This document shows positions 49,518 to 59,881 of a DNA stretch of 64,000 bases, piece by piece. The notes under the pieces were generated by a model that searched no databases, was not told the origin of the DNA, and saw nothing but the letters and a program-made list of their open reading frames with translations. Location of the stretch: assembly GCF_937973075.1 (NCBI RefSeq), contig NZ_CALBWL010000051.1, forward strand, positions 8,335-72,334. Reading direction: 5' to 3'. Made by a program: the position numbers and the translations under genes. This stretch comes from an uncultured Campylobacter sp. Its GTDB lineage: Bacteria > Campylobacterota > Campylobacteria > Campylobacterales > Campylobacteraceae. Position 1 is the stretch's first letter. Each line of letters begins with the position of its first letter.

Positions 49518-49966
49518 TTTTCCTCTCCTATGCTTTTTCGAATCTCGATTTCGTTCTCTTCGATCACCTCAACGTCGATTACATCGTCGCTTGCGTGGCT
49601 GCGTCGCCAAAATTTTCGCTCTCTTTTTTCGGAATTTTCGCTGCTAGTGTTAAATTTAGGCACATCGCTGGTGACGCAGTAAAATGACGCAGTGATTATG
49701 CAAACGCCTAAAATATCGCCGAAAATGCCCGGTGCAATGAGAAAAACGCCGCCTACGACGAAGCCCACGCCGCTTAAAATTTCTTTCGGCGAGATTTTCA
49801 TTAGATTAAAAAAGCCCATCCACGAGCGGTTTGCTACGACGTATCCGCCTAAAATCGCGCTTATGACGATCTCCACCGCATACGCCGCAAAGCCGTTTGC
49901 GCTTACGAAATAATAGGTCGTAAATGCCTCAATTATCAGATATGGAACGATCAAAAGCCTAAACAT
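49514..49966 (-). CDS. fxsA: FxsA-family membrane protein
   Basis: 150 aa. The N-terminal hydrophobic helices and the [12 protein letters not shown] segment resemble FxsA/UPF0716. ATGA overlap with hemC. Confidence 0.7.
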   Translation of the reverse strand: MFRLLIVPYLIIEAFTTYYFVSANGFAAYAVEIVISAILGGYVVANRSWMGFFNLMKISPKEILSGVGFVVGGVFLIAPGIFGDILGVCIITASFYCVTSDVPKFNTSSENSEKRERKFWRRSHASDDVIDVEVIEENEIEIRKSIGEEK

Positions 49967-50032
49967 ATTTTTCCTTAGAATTATCGCTTTAAACCGCGCC
50001 TCTTTAATGGCGCTAAAATTTAATCGCGGATT

Positions 50033-50599
50033 TTAGCAAATTCCGTCTGAATTTTTAATGTATCGCAAGAGCCCCTCGCAGCCGCGCTTGATATCTGCGT
50101 AGCAGCGCTCAAAATCGCGCGTGTAGTAGGGATCGGCGATTTTTAGGCGTTCGGAGGCGGTTAAATTTGAACCGGCGTCTTTTAAATTTAAGTCGGTTTG
50201 TTTTAGCGCGCCTTTAAAATTTAACGCATCGCAGTCTGTAAAATTTCCCCCTCCAAATTCCAAAAGAAATTTTACCTTAGCCATATCCTTGCCGCGAAAA
50301 ATTCGCCCCAGCGAGCGCATATTTTCATCATCCATACAAAGAATGAGATCGTAGCGCTCGTAGTCTGCGGGCGTGACCTGCACGGCGCGATGCGCTACGA
50401 GCGGCACCTTTTGCTCTTTTAGCACGCGCTGCGTTTCGTAATAGGGCGGCGAGCCGATCTCGTCGGTGTGTGTCGCCGCAGAATCTACGCTCACGCGCGC
50501 TTTAAGCTCGCTTTGATTAATAAAATTTTGCATCACGGACTGCGCCATCGGCGAGCGGCAGATGTTGCCGTGACAGACGAAAAGTAGCCTCACGCGCAC
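50033..50599 (-). CDS. Low-molecular-weight protein-tyrosine phosphatase with an insertion of about 38 aa
   Basis: GTG start. P-loop VCHGNICRSPMA (CX5R-S). The DPYY acid-loop region is preceded by extra low-complexity residues. Confidence 0.85.
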   Translation of the reverse strand: MRVRLLFVCHGNICRSPMAQSVMQNFINQSELKARVSVDSAATHTDEIGSPPYYETQRVLKEQKVPLVAHRAVQVTPADYERYDLILCMDDENMRSLGRIFRGKDMAKVKFLLEFGGGNFTDCDALNFKGALKQTDLNLKDAGSNLTASERLKIADPYYTRDFERCYADIKRGCEGLLRYIKNSDGIC

Positions 50600-51112
50600 C
50601 TACTGAGTGATGATGTCGTAGTTTTTCGGGATTGCAGGCTTAAAGATCGCCTCATTTACCGGCGCATTTTTACGGACATTACTTAGATTGATGACGACTT
50701 TATTATCCATTTTATCGGTGTAGCTGATCTTGCTCGGTAGATCACCTTTTAGCTCGATTAGATATTTCACGTCGTCGAAGCTTGCCTCATAAACGCCATT
50801 TTTATTGGCTTTTGCGTTCGCCAAGATCGCCGTTAAATTCGGGGTTTCTTTGATATTTGTGATGATAGCTTGTTCGAGTTCCGGCTCAATGACGACGACC
50901 TTTGTGAAGCTAAAGAATATATTTTTTATCGTAGGGGTCTTGTAATGCCACACGGCGTGCTCTTTTGTGGCGCTAAAATCGCCGCCGTAGCTGATTTTTG
51001 CATCGTCGCTCTGCACGGTTTGCGAAAAATTTGCGCTCAGTGTGTTAAATTCTATTCCGCCCGCAAACGCAAAAACGCAGCTTGCCGCTAAAGAAATAAG
51101 AGTTTTTTTCAT
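50600..51112 (-). CDS. lolA: LolA-like periplasmic lipoprotein carrier
   Basis: 170 aa with a signal peptide. F.Q fold hints (FSQTVQSDD). Divergent from secA, as in C. jejuni. Confidence 0.7.
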   Translation of the reverse strand: MKKTLISLAASCVFAFAGGIEFNTLSANFSQTVQSDDAKISYGGDFSATKEHAVWHYKTPTIKNIFFSFTKVVVIEPELEQAIITNIKETPNLTAILANAKANKNGVYEASFDDVKYLIELKGDLPSKISYTDKMDNKVVINLSNVRKNAPVNEAIFKPAIPKNYDIITQ

Positions 51113-51232
51113 AAATTTTGCCTTTATTTTTGAAAATTTGCGCGTATTATAGCCGTTTTTCTAGGATTTAATTAAATAGAAACTAAAAATATGTTAATAT
51201 GCGCGGTTAAAATTTTAAAACTAAGGTTTGAG

Positions 51233-53851
51233 ATGTTTAAAAAGGTCATCCACGGGATTTTCGGTACTAAAAACGATAGGATCGTCAAACAATACGCCAA
51301 GCGTGCAGCACAGATCAGTGCGCTCGAGGAAAACTACGCAGCGATGGACGATGCGGCGCTTAAGGCGGAATTTGAAGCGTTAAGAGCGCAAGTTCGCGCA
51401 GGCGAAAAGAGCACGGACGACGTGCTTAACGAAGTGTTTGCTATCGTGCGAGAGGCGGGCAAAAGAGTGCTAAATATGCGCCACTTCGACGTTCAGCTGA
51501 TAGGCGGTTTGGTGCTAAACGACGGCGCGATTGCTGAGATGAAAACGGGCGAGGGAAAGACCCTCGTAGCGACTTTGGCGGTAGTGCTAAATGCGATGGA
51601 GGGCAAGGGCGTGCATGTCGTGACCGTAAACGACTATCTAGCTAAGCGCGATGCCGCGCAAATGGGCGAACTATATGAATTTTTAGGGCTTAGTACCGGT
51701 GTAATCGTAGGCGGCGAATACGATGACGCCAAGCGCAAGGCTGCATACGCGTGCGACATCACCTACGGCACGAACAACGAGTTTGGCTTTGACTATCTGC
51801 GCGATAATATGAAATTTAACGCGGATGAAAAGGTGCAGCGCGGGCATCATTTCGTAATCGTCGATGAAGTAGATAGCATCCTGATCGACGAAGCCAGGAC
51901 GCCGCTAATCATCTCGGGTCCTACGAACCGCACTCTAGACGGCTACATCAAGGCAAATGAAGTAGCTCACCAAATGATCCGCGGCGAGGCGCCAGCCGAT
52001 CCGAAAGGCAAAGCTACGGGCGATTTTACCGTAGATGAGAAGAACCGCGCCGTTTTGATTACGGAGGCAGAAATTTCAAAAGCCGAGAAGCTTTTTGGCG
52101 TCGATAACCTCTATAGTCTCGAAAATGCCGTGCTTAGCCACTACCTTGATCAAGCACTTAAGGCAAATTATCTATTTGAAAAGGATGTGCATTACGTCGT
52201 GCGCGACGGGCAGGTCATAATCGTGGATGAATTTACGGGTCGTCTTAGCGAGGGTCGCAGATTCAGCGAAGGGCTCCATCAGGCTCTTGAAGCTAAAGAG
52301 GGTGTGCAGATCCAAGAGGAGAGCCAAACTCTTGCCGACATTACCTTTCAAAACTACTTCCGTCTTTACGAAAAACTCGCCGGTATGACGGGTACGGCAC
52401 AGACGGAAGCAACGGAATTTTCTCAAATTTACAAACTCGAAGTGGTCTCTATCCCTACGAATGTGCCGGTCATCAGAAAGGATCAAAACGATCTTATCTA
52501 CAAAACCGAGCGCGAGAAATTTGATGCCGTCATAAATGAGATCAAGCGGCTAAATTCTAAAGGTCAGCCCGTGCTAGTGGGTACGGCGTCGATCGAAAAG
52601 AGCGAGAAGCTGCACGAGCTTTTGGTTAAAGAAAACATCGCGCACTCCGTGCTAAACGCCAAAAATCACGAGCGCGAGGCGCAGATCATCAAAGACGCAG
52701 GCGTAAAGGGCGCAGTTACGATCGCTACGAATATGGCGGGACGTGGCGTGGATATCCGTATAGACGATGAAGTGCGCGCTTTGGGCGGGCTATATATTTT
52801 AGGTACCGAGCGCCACGAAAGCCGCCGCATCGATAATCAGCTCCGCGGACGAAGCGGGCGACAGGGCGATCCGGGCGAGAGTAGGTTTTTCTTAAGCTTG
52901 GAGGATAATCTGCTTAGAATTTTTGGCAGCGACAAGATCAAAAATATCATGGATCGCTTGGGTTTAAAAGACGGCGAACATATCGAATCAGGTATGGTTT
53001 CGCGCGCCGTAGAAAACGCGCAGAAAAAGGTCGAGAGCTTGCATTTTGAAGCGCGTAAAAATATCTTAGAATACGACGACGTCGCAAACGAGCAGCGCAA
53101 GACGATCTATAAATATCGCAACGAGCTTTTGGATCCAGACTACGATCTGAAAGACAAAATCATTCAAAACCGCGAGGAGTACATCTCTAGCGTGCTTGAG
53201 GAGCTTGAAATTTTCGACGGCGCAAATATCAAAGAGGTCGATAAATTCCCGATCGTCGCCAAAATTGCTCAAGAAACGGGCGAGGTACTCGAAAATAGCG
53301 AGCTTGAGAAGGTCGATGATTTCAAAGAGCTGAAAGAAAAGATCATCGGCGCGCTTGCCGTTTCGTATGAAAACAAGATGGCGTCGATTGATCCGCAGCA
53401 GCGCAAAAGTATCGAAAAGATGCTTTATTTGCAGATCGTCGATCGCGACTGGCGGGAGCATCTGTATCAGATGGATATCCTAAAAGCGGGCATCGGACTT
53501 CGCGGCTACAACCACAAAGACCCGCTTACGGAGTATAAAAAGGAGAGCTACAATCTCTTTATGGAGCTTGTAATGCGCCTTAAATCCGATAGCATCCGCT
53601 TGCTGCATTCGATCCAGTTTAAATCTAGGGAGGAGATAGAAGCCGAGCAGCGTGCGATGCAGGAGCGTATGGAGAGCTCAAACGCCAAAGAACTCGCCGC
53701 TGCAAGCACGAATGAAGCGCAGCTAAAGGGCTCAGACGAGTTCGGCGACAAAAAGCCTAAGCGAAACGATCCTTGCCCTTGCGGCAGCGGCAAAAAATAC
53801 AAAGACTGCCACGGCAAGGGCGGTCCTAAAAAAGGCGGCTTTGCGAGGTAG
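51233..53851 (+). CDS. secA: Preprotein translocase ATPase SecA
   Basis: I placed the start at [12 protein letters not shown], which follows [14 protein letters not shown] Walker [20 protein letters not shown], and a C-terminal zinc motif [14 protein letters not shown]. Confidence 0.97.
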   Translation: MFKKVIHGIFGTKNDRIVKQYAKRAAQISALEENYAAMDDAALKAEFEALRAQVRAGEKSTDDVLNEVFAIVREAGKRVLNMRHFDVQLIGGLVLNDGAIAEMKTGEGKTLVATLAVVLNAMEGKGVHVVTVNDYLAKRDAAQMGELYEFLGLSTGVIVGGEYDDAKRKAAYACDITYGTNNEFGFDYLRDNMKFNADEKVQRGHHFVIVDEVDSILIDEARTPLIISGPTNRTLDGYIKANEVAHQMIRGEAPADPKGKATGDFTVDEKNRAVLITEAEISKAEKLFGVDNLYSLENAVLSHYLDQALKANYLFEKDVHYVVRDGQVIIVDEFTGRLSEGRRFSEGLHQALEAKEGVQIQEESQTLADITFQNYFRLYEKLAGMTGTAQTEATEFSQIYKLEVVSIPTNVPVIRKDQNDLIYKTEREKFDAVINEIKRLNSKGQPVLVGTASIEKSEKLHELLVKENIAHSVLNAKNHEREAQIIKDAGVKGAVTIATNMAGRGVDIRIDDEVRALGGLYILGTERHESRRIDNQLRGRSGRQGDPGESRFFLSLEDNLLRIFGSDKIKNIMDRLGLKDGEHIESGMVSRAVENAQKKVESLHFEARKNILEYDDVANEQRKTIYKYRNELLDPDYDLKDKIIQNREEYISSVLEELEIFDGANIKEVDKFPIVAKIAQETGEVLENSELEKVDDFKELKEKIIGALAVSYENKMASIDPQQRKSIEKMLYLQIVDRDWREHLYQMDILKAGIGLRGYNHKDPLTEYKKESYNLFMELVMRLKSDSIRLLHSIQFKSREEIEAEQRAMQERMESSNAKELAAASTNEAQLKGSDEFGDKKPKRNDPCPCGSGKKYKDCHGKGGPKKGGFAR

Positions 53852-54544
53852 GCGCGGCGATCGGTCGTAATATCGCGCGATCGGTGATTTCGATTGCGAG
53901 CATTGCGTAATTGGTGCTTTTCGACCTTGCTTTGCTTCTGTGCTCAGCGGATATGTCGCGGGCGAGAGCGTCATAAAATTTTAAAGGGACTTGATCGCGA
54001 GGCGGTGCGGACGGCGCGCAAAGCTGCGCGATGGGGCGGAATTTTGGTTTTAAAATTTCAAAGCGTGCCTGATGCTTTGCCGCATATTTTTCATAGCGCT
54101 GTTGCGGTGCGCCGTGCGGCAAAACGTGAACGGCGCACGGTGCTTAAATTTAGCGTGCGGCTAGGATATTGCGCGTATTTGAAATTTTAAATTTATGCGA
54201 TTGTGGGAGAGCTTTTTAAGCGAAATCCGCTTTTTAAATTTTAAGAATTTCAAAATTCTAAAAGATTTGGAATTTCTAAAAATTTTAAAATTTCAAGTCG
54301 TTTGAAATTTTAAAATTTAGAATTCGGGTTTAAAATTTCAAAGTTTTGGTAAAGAGGTCTGTTTGATTTGCCGTATCCGATATCTCTTGGGGTAAATTTC
54401 ATTTTATGTAAGTAGATTTCGGCGCGATTTTAAATTTTCAAAACTCGCCGGAGCTTTTATATTTGAAGGCGCAAAACCTATTTTTGGAATTTTAAAATTC
54501 CAAAATACTTAAAATTTCACATATAATTTAGCGCTAAATTTTAT

Positions 54545-55759
54545 GTGAAATTTTACAAGGACGGCTTTTTGGTAAAGTATTTATTATTCAAATATCTCAG
54601 ATTCGACCGCTCTCAGCCCTTCATTACGCTTTCGGCGCTGCTTGCGTTCTTGGGCGTCGGCGTGGGGCTTACGGTGCTGATCGTCGCGATGGCGATAATG
54701 AACGGCTTTGATAAAGAATTCGAGCGCAAGCTCTTTACGATGAACTACCCGATCACGATCCACAGCCACTTTCGCGGCGGTATTTCAAAAGACGACGTGG
54801 AGGGGCTGCGGGCGGACTTCCCCGATCTGATCTTTAGCCCCTACATCAGCTCGCAAGTCATCGCCAAAAGCGGCGAGAAGCTCGAGGGCGGGCTGATTTT
54901 CGGCGTAAATTTAGACGACGAAAAGCGCATCAATTCCGTCGTCGCAGCAGGCGCCAAAGACGCCAATCTAACGGACTACGGCATCATGATAGGGCGCGGG
55001 ATCAAGGACGAATTTATGCTGGATGATGGCAGTAAGATCACGATGATCTTTACGAAGAGCGATCCGGGCGGCTTTGCGCTGATCCCTAAGATGAAGCGCT
55101 TTGATGTGCGCGCGGATTTCAGCTCGGGGCTGATCGCCTACGACAAGGCGTATTCCTACGCGGATGCGAGCGATCTAGCCAAAATTTTGGGCTACGACGA
55201 GGGAACGTTCGACGGCGTGCATGTTTTTTCAAACGATCCGTTTAAAGACCTGGAGCGCATCAAAAAAAGCCTCCCCGGCGGCACTAACGCCGTGGGCTGG
55301 TGGCAGCAAAACGGCAATTTTTTCAGCGCCCTTGCGCTTGAAAAGCGCGCGCTTTTCATCGTACTGATGCTAATAATTCTAGTCGCAAGCCTAAATATCG
55401 TAAGTTCGCTTCTGATGACCGTGATGAACCGTCGCCAAGAGATCGCGCTTTTACTTAGCCTGGGAGCCAGCAAAAAGGAGGTCAAAAGGACCTTTTTCGC
55501 GCTTGGAGCCACGATCGGCGGCGGCGGCATCATATTCGGGCTTATTTTGGGCCTATTCGGCGTGTGGCTGCTCGGAAGCTTCGACATCGTAAATTTGCCC
55601 GCCGATGTCTACGGAAGCTCGAAGCTACCGATGGAGCTCTCGCTAGGCGATTTGGCGATGATTTTAATCGGCGCGGTGCTTATCGTGGCGCTATCGTCAT
55701 GGTACCCGGCCAAAAAAGCCACGCAGATCGACGTTCTGCAAACACTGCGCAACGAGTAA
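54545..55759 (+). CDS. Lipoprotein-releasing system permease (LolC/E, FtsX-like)
   Basis: 404 aa. MacB-like periplasmic domain between TM1 and TM2, and a C-terminal FtsX domain. GTG start; the exact start is uncertain. Confidence 0.85.
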   Translation: MKFYKDGFLVKYLLFKYLRFDRSQPFITLSALLAFLGVGVGLTVLIVAMAIMNGFDKEFERKLFTMNYPITIHSHFRGGISKDDVEGLRADFPDLIFSPYISSQVIAKSGEKLEGGLIFGVNLDDEKRINSVVAAGAKDANLTDYGIMIGRGIKDEFMLDDGSKITMIFTKSDPGGFALIPKMKRFDVRADFSSGLIAYDKAYSYADASDLAKILGYDEGTFDGVHVFSNDPFKDLERIKKSLPGGTNAVGWWQQNGNFFSALALEKRALFIVLMLIILVASLNIVSSLLMTVMNRRQEIALLLSLGASKKEVKRTFFALGATIGGGGIIFGLILGLFGVWLLGSFDIVNLPADVYGSSKLPMELSLGDLAMILIGAVLIVALSSWYPAKKATQIDVLQTLRNE

Positions 55760-56110
55760 ATTTAAACGCGGCGCTTAAAATTTAGCTAAATTTTAAAATT
55801 TCAGAGCAGCGCGGTTATATATTTAGCAGTGTATTTGGCGCGGCATTTCGGCGCGTGGGTAGAGGCTGCGCGATCTTGCGCGGCGCGCATCGCGTAAAAT
55901 TGCACTAAATACGATTTGAGTCGCCAGAATTTTGATTCTTGCGCGAGATTATAAGCTGCGCGAAGCCTAAATTTTGACGAAATTTGTGTCGTTAGAATTC
56001 GCCAAAATTTTAAATTTCAAAGGGGATAAAATTTTTATGAGTGCTTTGAAAAATTTTATGAAATTTTGCAACCAATCAAAGATAAAATCATAAAAATTTT
56101 GAAAGGAGCT

Positions 56111-56248
56111 ATGGTGCAAAAGATCGTTTTGTTTCTGTGCGCGGCGCTGTTTCTATGCGGCTGCTCTAGGAGCGGACCGCAAGATGTCCCAGAGCCAGAG
56201 CAAAATAAGGCACCGAGCCACCATTATACAGGCTACTATTACGCATAG
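56111..56248 (+). CDS. Small lipoprotein (45 aa)
   Basis: I placed the start at MVQKIVLFLCAALFLCGC, which follows GAAAGGAG. Lipobox LCGC. Confidence 0.5.
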   Translation: MVQKIVLFLCAALFLCGCSRSGPQDVPEPEQNKAPSHHYTGYYYA

Positions 56249-56549
56249 CGTATATTGCGCGGCGGGCGGCGATACGAGACGTTTAACGGCGAGAAAATGG
56301 AAACATTGTAGTTCTTGCTCATTCGTGGACAAAAGCTCTCAAGCCTGCAATACGAGCCTTAGCAGCGTCTCGGCCTGAATGTAGCGGCGACAAGGCGTCC
56401 ATCCGTCTATAATGACGATAAAATTTAGGCTTATTTGAGCAGGACGAAATTCTTTTTAAAATTCTTTCGAATTCCCATAAATCCTGCTAAATAAATCTAA
56501 ATTTTATAAATTTTAGGGTAACATTCCCTATTTTTCAAAAAGGCTTTAA

Positions 56550-57407
56550 ATGACTTTAATCGACGGCAAAAGCATAAGCGCAAAGGTAAAAGAGGAGATC
56601 AAATCGGCCGCTTCGGATCTTGCCGCAAAGGGCGTAGAGCCCGCGCTGGCGGTGATTTTGGTAGGCGAGGACGCGGCTAGTAAGACCTATGTCGCGAGCA
56701 AGGAAAAAGCCTGCGCTGTCTGTGGGATCCGCTCCGTAGCGCACCGCTTGAGCTCCGACGTGAGCGAGGCGGCGCTTTTAGAACTGATAGAAAATTTAAA
56801 CGATGACGAAAGTATCGACGGCATCTTGGTGCAGTTGCCGCTTCCAAAGCACATTGATACGAATAAAATTTTAGAAAAAATAAGCCCGCAAAAGGACGTG
56901 GACGGATTTAGTGCGATAAACGTAGGCAAGCTTACTAGCGGGCTTTCGGACGGTTTTGTGCCTTGCACTCCGCTTGGCGTGATGCGCCTGCTTGAGGAAT
57001 ACGGCGTGCAGATCGCGGGCAAAAATGCCGTCGTGCTGGGTCGCAGTAATATCGTCGGAAAGCCGATGGTGAGCTTGCTTCTAAATGCCGATGCCACCGT
57101 CACTATCGCTCATAGCAAGACGAAAGACTTAAAGCGGCTTTGCGCAGACGCCGACATTTTGGTCGCGGCGGTCGGCAGAACCCGTTTTGTGGGCGCCGAT
57201 ATGGTAAAACAAGGCGCGGTGGTGATCGATGTGGGGATCAATCGCGGCGAGGACGGCAAGCTAAGAGGTGACGTCGATTTTGAAGCAGTCGCGCCAAAAT
57301 GCTCGTTCATCACACCCGTGCCCGGAGGTGTGGGGCCGATGACGATTGCGATGCTTTTGAGCAATACGATAAAATCGGCGAAAAATCGCTTAAGACAAAG
57401 AGCCTAA
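56550..57407 (+). CDS. folD: Bifunctional methylene-THF dehydrogenase/methenyl-THF cyclohydrolase
   Basis: 285 aa. Motifs ALAVILVGEDAAS.TYV, DGILVQLPLP, GRSNIVGKP and PVPGGVGPMT. Confidence 0.95.
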   Translation: MTLIDGKSISAKVKEEIKSAASDLAAKGVEPALAVILVGEDAASKTYVASKEKACAVCGIRSVAHRLSSDVSEAALLELIENLNDDESIDGILVQLPLPKHIDTNKILEKISPQKDVDGFSAINVGKLTSGLSDGFVPCTPLGVMRLLEEYGVQIAGKNAVVLGRSNIVGKPMVSLLLNADATVTIAHSKTKDLKRLCADADILVAAVGRTRFVGADMVKQGAVVIDVGINRGEDGKLRGDVDFEAVAPKCSFITPVPGGVGPMTIAMLLSNTIKSAKNRLRQRA

Positions 57408-58253
57408 ATGAAAATACTAAGCAAAATTTATAAATTTTTATCGAGTTGGACGGGGACGGTCATCGTCGTTTTATTCGTCATTCTTTTTGTTGCGCAAGCC
57501 TTCGTGATCCCCAGCGGATCGATGCGCACTACTCTTTTGGAGGGTGATTTTTTATTCGTTAAAAAATTTAGCTACGGCATCCCGACCCCGCATATTCCAT
57601 TTGTAGAGTGGCAGGTGGCTCCGGACAGCGATGGCGACGGGCATATTATCCGAGGCGAGGGTCCGAAACGCGGCGACATCGTGGTTTTTCGCTATCCGAT
57701 TAATGAAAAAATGCACTTTGTAAAGCGAAATTTTGCCGTAGGCGGCGACGAGGTGATATTTGATCTGAATAATTTCTACCTTCGTCCGCATGAAGGCGAC
57801 GAGTTCATTGCTGCGAACTATGATGCTCGCGACATTGTGATTTTAGGTGGCGAAAAATATGTCAAAGAGCCGTATAAATTTAAGGGCATTCACTACGACC
57901 CTAATGCTAGAAACTCAATGCTAACAAATGTCAAAATCGCACTTGAGAAGGGTGAGCTTTCTATGAAGCCCATTAGTCTAAGTGAAATTCCTCACAGCTT
58001 CGAAGCTGCGGGGATAAGCTTCAATGCCTTTTACATCAAAGTGCCGCAGGATGAGTATTTTATGATAGGCGATAATCGAAATAATTCCGCCGATAGCCGC
58101 TTTTGGGGTCCGGTACCTTATCGTCTGATCGTCGGTAAGCCGTGGTTTACATATTTTAGTATCGATGCCGATCGCAAGATCCGCTGGGAGCGAATCGGAC
58201 GCTTCGTCGATACCTTGCAAAACGACGAGAGCCTAATCTATGAGCAAAAATAA
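57408..58253 (+). CDS. lepB: Signal peptidase I
   Basis: 281 aa. Catalytic Ser box IPSGSM, Lys box VKR and GDNRNNSADSRFWG. Confidence 0.92.
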   Translation: MKILSKIYKFLSSWTGTVIVVLFVILFVAQAFVIPSGSMRTTLLEGDFLFVKKFSYGIPTPHIPFVEWQVAPDSDGDGHIIRGEGPKRGDIVVFRYPINEKMHFVKRNFAVGGDEVIFDLNNFYLRPHEGDEFIAANYDARDIVILGGEKYVKEPYKFKGIHYDPNARNSMLTNVKIALEKGELSMKPISLSEIPHSFEAAGISFNAFYIKVPQDEYFMIGDNRNNSADSRFWGPVPYRLIVGKPWFTYFSIDADRKIRWERIGRFVDTLQNDESLIYEQK

Positions 58254-58262
58254 GGAGCGGCA

Positions 58263-59642
58263 ATGCAAATAAATAAAATTTTCATAGCGAGCGATCACGC
58301 GGGCTTTCGTGCCAAGGAGCAAGCCAAAAAAGCGCTCGCCGCTTTAGGTTACGAAGCGGTCGATCTTGGCACGCACAGCGCAGAAGCGAGCGTGGACTAT
58401 CCCGATTTTGCGGACACACTGGCTGATAAAATTTTAGCCGAATGTGAAGCCTGCGCGCGAAGTGGAAATTTTAAAGAAAACGACGGCATAAATTCTGCTG
58501 CAGCCGCGGAAAATTCTGAAGCAGGCGGTAATAGCGGCAGCGAAAATTCCAGCGCGAGTATAAACGGTAGCGGAAATTTTAACGACGCCGTACAATGTAG
58601 CGGGAAAAATGAAAATTTTAACGTTATAAAAAATGCTAGTCGTCAAAATTTTAACGCTAGCGAAAGCATGACTACCTGCGTAAACGCAGCCGTAAGCCCG
58701 AATGCGAGCAAAGATAAAATTTTAAATTCCACCGACTACGGCATTTACGGCGTTTTGATTTGCGGTACTGGCATCGGTATCAGCATCGCTGCAAATCGCC
58801 ACGCTCACATCCGCTGCGCGCTGTGTCATGACGCGACGAGCGCTAGACTAGCTAGAGAGCACAACGACGCCAACGTCCTAGCCTTCGGCGAGCGATTAAT
58901 GGGCGCGCTGGTGATCGGAGATATGATTAGGGCGTTTTTTAGCACCGATTTTGCGGGCGGTAGGCACATTAAGCGCGTCGCAAAGCTAGGTGCTTGCGGT
59001 AGTGCGAATTGCGCGCATGGATTTGATGGGGAGAATTTCATGCAGAACTCCGCTCAAAATTTTACGGAACAAAGCTATAGCGCTAATTTAAATGGGCGGA
59101 ATTCCAAATTAAGCTTCGGTGGTAAAAATCCTTCCGACAAAAATCCTATCGACACGGATTCCGCGTCAAATTTTGCACGGAGCTTTAACGATAAAAATTC
59201 CTTATTTACCGGCGAGAATTCCTTGATAGGCTTTTGCGGTGCACGTCATATAAATTTAGATTCGACACACGCAAAGATAATCTTTAATGAGAAAAATCCG
59301 CTAGATAAAAATTCCACTAGCACAAATTCTACGTTAAATTTTACGCGCGCGAGCGTTTGCGAGAAAAATTTTGCTCAAAAAGCTAGCCGCAAATATTTTG
59401 TCGGTTTGAACCCAGCAATTATAAATTTCAAGGCTACAAATTCCGTCTGTGTGAGTGTTAAGCTAAAAAGCATGAATTGCGCTAGTGCGGGTTTAACAGA
59501 TGCGAATTCTGCTATTACGAGCGTAAATTTAAAGGAAGCAAATCTTTCTAGTGCGTATTTTAAAAACCTAAATTCTGTCTATTTTAACGCAACACCCGCT
59601 ACTATGCGCTTTGCAAATCCAAATGAAGGAGGCGAGCAATGA
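58263..59642 (+). CDS. rpiB: Ribose-5-phosphate isomerase B, expanded by an internal insertion of about 98 aa and a C-terminal extension of about 217 aa
   Basis: The RpiB/LacAB core is split: IFIASDHAGF..VDYPDFA (aa 1-60) and YGVLICGTGIGISIAANR..ANVLAFGERL..GGRHIKRV (aa 159-242). The total is 459 aa. The stop overlaps the next ATG (ATGA). Confidence 0.75.
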   Translation: MQINKIFIASDHAGFRAKEQAKKALAALGYEAVDLGTHSAEASVDYPDFADTLADKILAECEACARSGNFKENDGINSAAAAENSEAGGNSGSENSSASINGSGNFNDAVQCSGKNENFNVIKNASRQNFNASESMTTCVNAAVSPNASKDKILNSTDYGIYGVLICGTGIGISIAANRHAHIRCALCHDATSARLAREHNDANVLAFGERLMGALVIGDMIRAFFSTDFAGGRHIKRVAKLGACGSANCAHGFDGENFMQNSAQNFTEQSYSANLNGRNSKLSFGGKNPSDKNPIDTDSASNFARSFNDKNSLFTGENSLIGFCGARHINLDSTHAKIIFNEKNPLDKNSTSTNSTLNFTRASVCEKNFAQKASRKYFVGLNPAIINFKATNSVCVSVKLKSMNCASAGLTDANSAITSVNLKEANLSSAYFKNLNSVYFNATPATMRFANPNEGGEQ

Positions 59643-59881
59643 GCGTAGTATTAGGCGTTTTAGCGCTATTTTTTGCAGCACTACTTATTCTATCGATTCG
59701 AAAAAATTCTAAAATTTACGCCTTACTTCGCAAGAGCGAAGAGAGAATTTCAAAGCTTAAAAGCGATAATGAAAAGCTCAAAACTGCCCTTCGCTTCGGC
59801 ATTGAGGCCCTACAAAACGAGGAGAGCGAAAACTGCAGCTTAAAAATCCAAAACGCAAGATTGAAAAGAGGTAAGCTATGA
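59639..59881 (+). CDS. Small membrane-anchored coiled-coil protein (80 aa)
   Basis: AAGGAGG RBS. N-terminal TM segment then heptad-like KLK repeats. ATGA overlaps at both ends. Confidence 0.55.
   Translation: MSVVLGVLALFFAALLILSIRKNSKIYALLRKSEERISKLKSDNEKLKTALRFGIEALQNEESENCSLKIQNARLKRGKL

Noticed and set aside
48700-49647. A 315-aa plus-strand ORF.
   Set aside because: It is antisense to hemC, which has unambiguous homology on the minus strand. Its Ser/Arg/Pro-rich composition is typical of shadow ORFs.
53826-54190. Two overlapping 98-aa ORFs on opposite strands just after secA.
   Set aside because: They mirror each other in GC-block spacer DNA. Neither has start signals or protein-like composition.
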